IMG/VR virus record: IMGVR_UViG_3300017766_005733
Span: 1-64,000 of that record
Source of the DNA: a virus
Length of the DNA stretch: 64,000 nucleotides
Direction: 5' to 3' (one strand)
Both the position numbers and the translations under genes were made by a program. The notes under the pieces are model-generated. The model saw nothing but the letters and a program-made list of their open reading frames with translations, was not told the DNA's origin and made no database searches. This document shows, piece after piece, positions 46,559-54,418 of this stretch; within the stretch, counting starts at the first letter, position 1, and every line of letters begins with the position of its first letter.

Positions 46559-47044
46559 TCAATACACGATTGCGGGGTTGGCGGCAAGCCATTTCTTGGC
46601 AGCCGCCAGCACAGGCAGCCCAAAGCCACAGGCGTTGGCGGCGGCGATGTAGCCGGGACGCTCTAGCACTCCCCAGCCGCGAGGGTTACGGCACCCGATC
46701 TCAAAGAACGGCGGATCGGCGTAGATGCGTTGGCCCAGATCGTCATCGGGGTACGAGATCCAGCATCGAGCCGGGGCGATCTCGGGCGTCGCGAAGCGGT
46801 TGTCGAAGCTGATCTCTACGTCGAGATCGGTGCGAGCGTTGATGGACATGCTGCAGAAGTACAGGCGCGTGCCTTCCTCGTAGACGCGAATGTTCTTGTA
46901 GGCCTTCAGCGCCTGCCGCAGGCAGGCAAAAGACTCAAACTTGCCGTCATTCCACAGCCACTTCATGGCCTCTGGACCCGGATACGACGACAGGTTGCAG
47001 CAATGGTCGACTTCAGCGCTCAGGTACGGGTCCTTCACTCTCAT
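46559..47044 (-). CDS. Hypothetical protein (MRVKDPYL...)
   Basis: ATGA coupling with the upstream stop; GGAGG SD. Confidence 0.6.
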   Translation of the reverse strand: MRVKDPYLSAEVDHCCNLSSYPGPEAMKWLWNDGKFESFACLRQALKAYKNIRVYEEGTRLYFCSMSINARTDLDVEISFDNRFATPEIAPARCWISYPDDDLGQRIYADPPFFEIGCRNPRGWGVLERPGYIAAANACGFGLPVLAAAKKWLAANPAIVY

Positions 47045-47637
47045 CCTCCTGATGCAATGCCGTTGACGGCCTCTACGATACCGACCCATGACTCGTAGGG
47101 TCTTCGCCAGTCCCCTATCAGGGACGTGAAGTCTTGGGACTGGCGGTTGTAGGGCCAGATCATAGAGACCGCCGCCGCCCGCGGGTTGGATTGACGAAAG
47201 GCGCGGGCGTTGTGGGGGCCGTCGTCGATGATGACATCGCCATGCAGCTGCGACTTGTGATGAATCAAGCAGATGTGCGACAACGGAATGAAGGGAAGAT
47301 GCTCGTGGCACCACTCGACCTTCTCGGTGAAGGAGTGAGGGGTGCAGCCGCTGGTGGCGACGAAGATTTTATGACCGTTGTGCATCAGCCTCTTCAGGGC
47401 ATAGGAGCAGCCCTCAATGGGCGCCAGACGCCTGAAGAAGCCGGGGTTGTGAAAGATGTAGGTCAAGAGTTCTGGGTTCTTGACCGCGTCTTTCATGTCC
47501 CAGCTGCGGAAGTCTTCGATGGCTACAGTCTCGCCCGAGAGGCGATTGTAGGTGGGCACCAGCCCCTGCTGGCTGTAGGCGCCGATGAAGTCTGCGCAGA
47601 CGCCATCAAGGTCAACGACGATCTCCAAAGACCTCAC
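47041..47637 (-). CDS. 5'(3')-deoxyribonucleotidase, HAD superfamily
   Basis: VDLDGVCADF, GFF..L.P, EKVEW and K...GDVIIDD motifs. Confidence 0.9.
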   Translation of the reverse strand: MRSLEIVVDLDGVCADFIGAYSQQGLVPTYNRLSGETVAIEDFRSWDMKDAVKNPELLTYIFHNPGFFRRLAPIEGCSYALKRLMHNGHKIFVATSGCTPHSFTEKVEWCHEHLPFIPLSHICLIHHKSQLHGDVIIDDGPHNARAFRQSNPRAAAVSMIWPYNRQSQDFTSLIGDWRRPYESWVGIVEAVNGIASGG

Positions 47638-47897
47638 GAAACCACCTCAATGCCCCAGCTGCGACACACGAAATCGACGTAGGTGTGATAGCAGACGCGG
47701 TCGCCCACGCGCGGCTTCTGAGAGAAGTCGGCGGGCTTGAACTCGTCAGGCGCCACATGCCCCACCAACTTCACCCAAACCGCATCTCCGTCGATGGCCA
47801 CAACGTGACCGGGCTTGAACTCAGACGAAGAATCGTTGCGGTTCTGCATGCGAAAGGCGGCAACGACGTGGCGGCGGTGTTGGGGACGCATATTCAC
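47634..47897 (-). CDS. Hypothetical protein
   Basis: Coupled by GTGA overlaps to both neighbours. Confidence 0.6.
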   Translation of the reverse strand: MNMRPQHRRHVVAAFRMQNRNDSSSEFKPGHVVAIDGDAVWVKLVGHVAPDEFKPADFSQKPRVGDRVCYHTYVDFVCRSWGIEVVS

Positions 47898-48199
47898 TCC
47901 TCAGTGGTGTTGAAGGCCCAGACATGGTTGGTGGCGTACTCGACGATGAACGAAGGCGCTGGCCCGTACCAAGTCTGGCTGTGCTTGACGGCCAGAATCG
48001 CGGCCTCAAAGTCGGAGAACCCCATGCCCTCGGGCAGCGTCGGGGCATAGACAAAGAAGCGCGGAACGGTGCGAGCGAAGCGATCCATGCCAAAGGCGAC
48101 AACGGGCAGGGTCGGCCGGTCTGACTTTGGCAGAAGGACTTCTGCGTGAGTAATAGGAGCCATGCCCATTGGCGGAACCATCCAGTTCATGAACGTCAT
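47894..48199 (-). CDS. Hypothetical protein (MTFMNW...)
   Basis: ATGA coupling with the Hef-like gene stop. Confidence 0.55.
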   Translation of the reverse strand: MTFMNWMVPPMGMAPITHAEVLLPKSDRPTLPVVAFGMDRFARTVPRFFVYAPTLPEGMGFSDFEAAILAVKHSQTWYGPAPSFIVEYATNHVWAFNTTEE

Positions 48200-49605
48200 G
48201 AAGCGACGATAGCCGATGACGATGAAGGTGTCAAGTCCATCTCCCAGCGAACAAGACCGCAGTCCCAGATACGCGCATAGCCGCGAGCCGCCATCTCCTC
48301 GTGCTCCGTTACCTCGTCGCCCACCCCCAAGGCCGCCTTGCGAAACTTCGATCGATGCCAACGATGGCGATCTGATCCCTTTTTGATGTACCAGTATCCC
48401 GGTGGAAGAACCTCAGCCGCGATAAACCCTGAGCGCTCGTAAATGCCGCCACTAGACCAACGACGATCAGAGAAGGTGACGATGCGCGTGGGGCGCAGGA
48501 CGGCGATGGCGCCACTCAACAGCCGCTGAAGGCCACCGGCGACATGAAGTCGTTCCGTCAAAGCGTAGCGAGAGAGTTCCCAGACGCCATCGCCGCGATG
48601 ACGAAAACCAGCGACAGCCACCAGTTCGCCGCTATGCCTCAGCCCCCAACAACGAGTCTCGGCTCCCGCGGCCTGCAGGTGATGAGCGTCGAAGAACTCA
48701 GCCGCTGTCTTGATGTCGACCTCGGCCACCTCGCACTTCCGCGCTCCAACTCGCTGACCCGGCAAACCAGAAAGCGCCTGAAGGTAGGCGCAGCAAATGG
48801 CACGACGCTGAATCCACTCGTCGGAAAACACCGTCACCAGCCTTATGCCGAGGCGCTCACAGGCCTGCAGCTTCTCCAGATGCCGCCTACGAGCCTTCTC
48901 TGGCGTATGGATCTCGCTGTGATAATGAAGACCGCAGTATTCTATGGCCAAAGACAGGGACGGCACCCATATGTCAATCTCAAGCGGAGAAATGACGTGG
49001 CGCACGTTCTCAAAGACCTCCAACCCTGCTTGGCGAAGGAGATCGGCGATCTCCCCCTGAGCGTGGCTCTTCACACACCCACAAGAACGCACCTTCATGT
49101 ACAAGAAATCAAAAGAACGGACATGGAACAGTCTGCCGCAGTGACAGTGCAACTGCAGGCCATCACGTCCCAGCGGGATAGGGGCGTCTGCGTCTAGGTC
49201 ACACCGCATCCCCAGTCGCTGCGCCACGACATGGACGTCACGCCCCCGGTACTTGGTCCGGTCTTCTTCAGGAATGTCCCTCCAACGCCTTTTTGAAGCC
49301 TTGGATACTTCCGCTCGCAGCGTCTCGTCTCGCCATGCCGTTCGGACGGAGGCAGCACGGCGCTCTAAGACCTCTGGGGTAAGAGACTTTCGCATCGTCT
49401 CCCAAGCATCGGGATCCTTTGCGAGGCGGCCGGCTCGTGCATTTTCTTGCCTCTTGTCTGGGGGCAAGGAAAACCGGGCGCGAGTCTGGATGTTCTTGAT
49501 CTGTGAAACCGTGAGCCCAAGGCGTTGGGCGACGGCCTCGCGCGTCATGCCCTCGGCCCGCAACCTCACGACTTCGTCGACCAGATCCTGAGAGAAAGCC
49601 TTCAT
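48196..49605 (-). mobile_element. Hef-like free-standing homing endonuclease (HTH + Vsr/PD-(D/E)XK + GNAT-like C-terminus)
   Basis: N-terminal HTH; SCGC; LEIDIWVP..AIEYCGLHYH..FSDEW; GARKC; SDRRWSSG..Y; RIWDCG. Confidence 0.8.
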
Positions 49606-49650
49606 GCCACACCCCATTACCCCAGAGGCATAGCATAGATTCAACCGCGT

Positions 49651-49692
49651 AAAAAAAGCAAGATGGAGGCCGTTACCAGCCTCCATCTTGCT
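49651..49692 (-). terminator. Intrinsic terminator after the major capsid gene
   Basis: 14-bp stem AGCAAGATGGAGGC/GCCTCCATCTTGCT with a T-run on the minus strand. Confidence 0.85.
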
Positions 49693-49716
49693 AAGCGCTT
49701 GATTTAGCGCTTATTT

Positions 49717-51126
49717 TCAGCGCAGGTTGTCGATCAGCGCGTTCTTGCGGGGCTGCATGACCGCCAGCGTCGCGAAGCGGAAGTGCGCCTCGGGGATGCT
49801 GAGGTCGGCAACCGCCAGCTTCAGGCGGCTGTACGGCGCCAGTTCCTTGATCTCCATCGTATCGCCCTGAAGCAGGAAGCCGGTGACGAAGCCGGGCTGC
49901 TTGTTGCCGATGTCGATGAAGCTGGTGGTGCCGGTGGCCGCGGCCACGACGCGACCGATGAACTTCGCCGACGCCGCCGTGCCGCCAGCGGCGGAACGGT
50001 AGACGTTGAGGAAGCGGGTCGTGCCCGAGCCCGAGGGCGTGATCACCAGCGTGACGCCGTGACCGGCGGTCGCGATGGTGGCCGACGACGACAGCGAGGC
50101 CGCCGACTCACCGACTTCGTTACCAGCGGTAACGTAGTAGGTGTAGACCTCACCAGCGAGGAACGGCGTCGTGGCGCCCGAGATGGCACCCGGCGTCGCC
50201 GACGTGAGGGTCGGAGCCGACGGGCCGTCGGGACGCGACGGAGACGGACGGGTCTTGCCGCTGAGGAAGCGCGAGGCCTCCACGGCGACCGTCGCGTTCG
50301 ACGTCCACTGCTTGCGGAGGTCCGCGCCCGTCGCGCCCTGCGGCGAGCCGGCGAGGATGATGCGCTCCTTGCCGAAGACGATGCGGTTGTAGACGCTGAG
50401 GACGCGCGGGTCGACGACCAGCTTGTCCGCATTGCCCATGTGCATCGCCGAACGAACCGACGCTTCCTCGATCAGGTCCTGCGAGAGCGCGCCGCCACCG
50501 GGGACAACGCACGACTCATCGGCACCGAACTCGGCGAAGTAGCGGTCCTGCGCCGTCGCCTGATTGTCCGACTGACGGATCTGCACGTCCACGCCGATCA
50601 TGTTCGCCATGACGCCGGGGATCGCGAGCGGGTTGCCGTCGAAGACACCAGCGTTGCTGAAGTCGGCGCGACCACGGAAGAGGTCGAACTCGACGTCGGC
50701 AGCGATGATCTTCGCAGCGTCGGCAGCCGCACGGTCATCCGCAGCCACACCGTCGACCGTCGACACGAGCGTCGAGGCGATGGTCACGCGGCGGTGGTGG
50801 CTGTAGTAGCACATCGGCACGACCACACGCACGAAGTCGCTGGTCTTCTCGGCGCCGAGGTTGCCTTCCAGCTGCGCCGAACCACCGAAGTGGCCGTACG
50901 ACAGCTGACGGTCGAACTGAGCGAGGGTCGACTTGACGGCCTTCGACTTCAGCATCGACTGCAGCTTGATGTGGCTGTCGTCGAAGGTGACGTTCTCAAG
51001 GACCGGCGACAGGTCTTCGACCTGAAGCGCGGCGCCCTGAACGAGGGACGAGGGGGCAGCGTTGTAGGAGCCGGCTTCAAGGGCCTTGACCAGCTTCTCC
51101 AGCTGCTCGATGGAACTCGGGTTCAT
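49717..51126 (-). CDS. Major capsid protein
   Basis: 469 aa; VKALEAG...GAALQVEDL N-terminus like Herelleviridae-type MCPs; strongest codon bias; GGAGG SD; terminator downstream. Confidence 0.9.
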   Translation of the reverse strand: MNPSSIEQLEKLVKALEAGSYNAAPSSLVQGAALQVEDLSPVLENVTFDDSHIKLQSMLKSKAVKSTLAQFDRQLSYGHFGGSAQLEGNLGAEKTSDFVRVVVPMCYYSHHRRVTIASTLVSTVDGVAADDRAAADAAKIIAADVEFDLFRGRADFSNAGVFDGNPLAIPGVMANMIGVDVQIRQSDNQATAQDRYFAEFGADESCVVPGGGALSQDLIEEASVRSAMHMGNADKLVVDPRVLSVYNRIVFGKERIILAGSPQGATGADLRKQWTSNATVAVEASRFLSGKTRPSPSRPDGPSAPTLTSATPGAISGATTPFLAGEVYTYYVTAGNEVGESAASLSSSATIATAGHGVTLVITPSGSGTTRFLNVYRSAAGGTAASAKFIGRVVAAATGTTSFIDIGNKQPGFVTGFLLQGDTMEIKELAPYSRLKLAVADLSIPEAHFRFATLAVMQPRKNALIDNLR

Positions 51127-51182
51127 TGTATCCTCCAGTACGGTTTCCCGTCAGCGACGGGGAAATGGGTTGAGACTTCGAT

Positions 51183-52028
51183 TCACTTCAGCAGATGGGA
51201 CAACTTGCTCGCATCGACGTTGCCGCCGAGGAAGAAGTCGTTGATGAGTTCGCGATCGCTCTTGGTCAGCGACGCATCGCGGACCTTGGAGCGCAGCTTC
51301 GCGGCCATCTCCGACTTCGACAGCTTCGGCGCCACGGCGGCAGCCGCGGGCGTCAGCATGGTTTCGGCCTTGCGCATGGGCTTGGAGACGACGGCCTCAA
51401 AGGCGCCGATCACTCGCTCCAACATCTTGCCCTGCTCCTCAAGGCTCTTCTTCAGGGCGGCGACCTCGGTGGTCTCCGACTTCGCGATGGGCTTCATCTG
51501 CCCACCGTTGCCGTCGGCCTTCATCTCGCCCTTCATCGCCGGCGGCGGAGCCGCGGGAGCCGATGCCTCAGGGGCGCCGGCACCAGCAGCAGGACCACCA
51601 GCGCCCATGCCGCCACCCATCGCCGCAGCGAGGGCAGCCTGAGCCGCTTCCGCGTGCATCTTCAGTTCGTCAAGCGGCAGCTTGGCGTACTCAGACTGCA
51701 GCGCAGCCGGGTCCATGGCGCCACCAGCGTCGGGACCCTCGCCACCCTCGTCACCGGGGGCAGCCGGGTCGTCGGCCGGCGACGCGGAGGCCTCAGCGCC
51801 ATTGGCGCTTTCCTCCGACGGACCACCGTCGTCGTCTTCCGCGGCGGGGGCCGGGGCCGAAGCCTCGCCCGCGTCGTCGGCATCCATCTTCGACTTCTCG
51901 TCATCACCCGCGGCCTTGGCCAGCTTCTCAGCCCGGTCCTTCTCCGACTTCGCGATGTTGACGAGGACATTCTGGACATCGGCCAGAATGGCATCGATGT
52001 CGACGTTCGTGAGATCAGGGGTAGACAT
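51183..52028 (-). CDS. Probable scaffold protein
   Basis: Acidic low-complexity/coiled-coil protein just upstream of the MCP; many x-K-S-E motifs; AAGGAGG SD before the ATG at 52028. Confidence 0.75.
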   Translation of the reverse strand: MSTPDLTNVDIDAILADVQNVLVNIAKSEKDRAEKLAKAAGDDEKSKMDADDAGEASAPAPAAEDDDGGPSEESANGAEASASPADDPAAPGDEGGEGPDAGGAMDPAALQSEYAKLPLDELKMHAEAAQAALAAAMGGGMGAGGPAAGAGAPEASAPAAPPPAMKGEMKADGNGGQMKPIAKSETTEVAALKKSLEEQGKMLERVIGAFEAVVSKPMRKAETMLTPAAAAVAPKLSKSEMAAKLRSKVRDASLTKSDRELINDFFLGGNVDASKLSHLLK

Positions 52029-52067
52029 GGTGTAGTCCTCCTTGTTGAGTTTTGAGGAATACAACCA

Positions 52068-52526
52068 TCACTGGTTGCCGATCATCCCAAAGTCAAGGCT
52101 CGCGTCGAGGCGCACCTTCAGCTTGGACGAAACGCAGTCGGCCTCGCCCGGAGCCGCGCCGTTGGGCTCCTCAAAGACTTCCAGAGCCGCGCCCTTACGC
52201 GCGCAAACGGCGATGATCGTCGAGAGCGTGGCGAGGGTGTTGACGTCAGCACCGGCGCCAGCCGCGTTGTTCGCCTCAAAGACGACCTGAATGACGTGGG
52301 GCGAGAAGACCTGCGAGGCAACGCCAAGGACGTTGTTCGCCGTCCACGGCTGCGGGATCACGCGCAGGTAGCAACCCGCGGCACCGGCCGTGCCCGCGCC
52401 GACAACCAGCTGCGGATTGAGCAGCGAGTCCTGACCCTTGGTCTGGGGCGTGATGGACGAAAGGCGCTTGGAGAGTTCTTCGGCGATGGCGTCGAGGAGA
52501 GCGACGGCCTTCTGAGTAGCAGCCAT
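52068..52526 (-). CDS. Probable head structural protein
   Basis: AGGAG SD; high codon bias; first gene of the scaffold-MCP run. Confidence 0.7.
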   Translation of the reverse strand: MAATQKAVALLDAIAEELSKRLSSITPQTKGQDSLLNPQLVVGAGTAGAAGCYLRVIPQPWTANNVLGVASQVFSPHVIQVVFEANNAAGAGADVNTLATLSTIIAVCARKGAALEVFEEPNGAAPGEADCVSSKLKVRLDASLDFGMIGNQ

Positions 52527-52623
52527 GTTAGACTCCTGTGAAGTTGGCTTCCGTCAAGATAACGGAAGCGAAGCATCAGATTGCGAGTTTCTCTGTGACC
52601 CATCAAAATGCTACATACAGGGT

Positions 52624-52980
52624 ATGCTTGAGTGCCGTCGCTGCCGCCAATACCTACCCGAAGACTGCTTCCACAACGACTCGTCACGGCCTACAGGAAA
52701 GGCTATGGTATGTCGCACATGTCGCAGCACTAGAGATCGCAGCGCCGAAATACGGCGTCAGGCAGCCAAAAGGCACCCGGTAGCCTGTCGAGTCTGCAGC
52801 CAACATCGCCAGCTGGTTGACGATGGCGTGTGTCGAAAATGCCTCCGGCACCAAGGGCTTCAATGGTGCCCAAGGTGCCGGGAGGTGAAGACTCTGTTTC
52901 TTGACTTCTATGGCGACGCATCGATCTGCGTCGCCTGTCGGCTATCGCGTAAGGTCGCGAACGGCGAAGCCCGTGAGTAG
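52624..52980 (+). CDS. Multi-CxxC zinc-finger protein
   Basis: Six CxxC motifs (CRRC, CRTC, CRVC, CRKC, CPRC, CVAC). Confidence 0.65.
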   Translation: MLECRRCRQYLPEDCFHNDSSRPTGKAMVCRTCRSTRDRSAEIRRQAAKRHPVACRVCSQHRQLVDDGVCRKCLRHQGLQWCPRCREVKTLFLDFYGDASICVACRLSRKVANGEARE

Positions 52981-53175
52981 ATCGGATTTGGGCAGGTGTG
53001 GCGCCAGCCGCCGCTTGGCTTCGGCCACGAGTTCAAACAGGGGGCGATTGGCGTCCATGATGACCTCATGGTAGGGTGTGCCGATCAGTCGCACGCGCAC
53101 GCCCACCGTGCGATGACCGATGGCGATCTTGCCGTCTTCAGCCAGTGGCACCACGATATATTTGCCGTCAACCAT
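52942..53175 (-). CDS. Small hypothetical protein
   Basis: AAGGA SD; overlaps the stop of the GGDEF gene. Confidence 0.5.
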   Translation of the reverse strand: MVDGKYIVVPLAEDGKIAIGHRTVGVRVRLIGTPYHEVIMDANRPLFELVAEAKRRLAPHLPKSDLLTGFAVRDLTR

Positions 53176-54415
53176 TTTCCTTACCTCCCGGCGCCACGGT
53201 AGCGGGCTGCGGCGCGGGAGTCAAGGAGGAAGACATGGCTGGCTGCTTGAGCAGGGAGTGGAAGCGCAGGGGCTTGGTGGGCTGCACCATGCGCGCATCC
53301 ATGCCCGGATTCTGGGCAAGAGCCTCGGCGATTTCTGCCCTCTTGCCATCCTTCGCCATCAGCAGTGCATCGTCGGCGACCTTGGGGTTTTCGCCAAGGC
53401 CAACGCTGAAGCCCACCTTGTGGGTGCCGCCGACGTCTGGCAGCTTCGACAGGTTGTCGTGCAGCTGGCGCAAGACCATGTGCGCCTGCTCCGGCGTCTT
53501 CGTCCAGAAGTGGAACTCGTCGCCGCCAAACCGATGCGCCTTGGCGTTGTCGTGCCCCACCGTCTGATCGATGGCCGAACGCAGGGACTGCCCCAGAGAC
53601 TGGATGGCCTTGTCGCCTTCAGGGTGGCCATGGGCGTCGTTGATAGCCTTCATGCCGTCGCCGTCCAGCATCGCGTGGACGCCGGTCTGGGCTTCGGGGC
53701 TGGCCATGAAGTCGCGGTACGCTCGCTTGTTACCCAGCGACGGAATCATCTCGTCGTGGTAGAGTTCCTTGCGCAGGGCCTCGTAGTGGTCTTTGTGCAG
53801 GTGCCCGGCGTCAACCAGCGCCCTCAACTGCGAGAAGGTATCGTTCAGCGACGACTTCCGGAGAGGCGCAAAGGCTTCAAAAGCCTTCATCGCCGACTTC
53901 TTGAAGTCACCCAGATCCGGGGGCGTGACATAAGTGATCTTGGCTACGCCCTTCTTGGCGTTGTCCAGCATCACCTGCACATCGTCGCGCGAGACCTCTT
54001 TGCCGTCGAGAGTCAACCGGCCACTCTTCGCCTCCAGCACCCGCGGGACGCTGTAGCCCTCACGATGATAATGGAAGACGCCGTCGCGGGTCGGGGCTTG
54101 CGTGACTTCGCCGCCATCAGCGGCGTCTGAGTCACCGAAGACCTCGTTCTCCCAATCGTCGACCTGTGCCTGCTCGTTGGCCGGCTTCTTCTTGTCGACG
54201 AGGTAGTAGTGGCTGTTCATCAGCGACTCAATGCGGCTCTGGTGTCGCGCCAGAGGCTGCTCATCGAGGCCGTCAAGGATGCCTTCGTGGTCTTCCACGA
54301 CGTGGATAACGCCGTCGTGAAGGATGTACTTGCCGACAAGGCGCGGATGCACGCTCATCCGCTTGAAATCGGGATGAAGAGCGTAGACGAGATAGGTATC
54401 AAAAGTCGGCATCAT
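53168..54415 (-). CDS. GGDEF-domain (diguanylate cyclase-like) protein
   Basis: D...LGNKR, LDGDGMKAINDAHGHPEGD, RFGGDEF, SVG and ADDALLMAK motifs. Confidence 0.9.
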   Translation of the reverse strand: MMPTFDTYLVYALHPDFKRMSVHPRLVGKYILHDGVIHVVEDHEGILDGLDEQPLARHQSRIESLMNSHYYLVDKKKPANEQAQVDDWENEVFGDSDAADGGEVTQAPTRDGVFHYHREGYSVPRVLEAKSGRLTLDGKEVSRDDVQVMLDNAKKGVAKITYVTPPDLGDFKKSAMKAFEAFAPLRKSSLNDTFSQLRALVDAGHLHKDHYEALRKELYHDEMIPSLGNKRAYRDFMASPEAQTGVHAMLDGDGMKAINDAHGHPEGDKAIQSLGQSLRSAIDQTVGHDNAKAHRFGGDEFHFWTKTPEQAHMVLRQLHDNLSKLPDVGGTHKVGFSVGLGENPKVADDALLMAKDGKRAEIAEALAQNPGMDARMVQPTKPLRFHSLLKQPAMSSSLTPAPQPATVAPGGKENG

Positions 54416-54418
54416 GGC

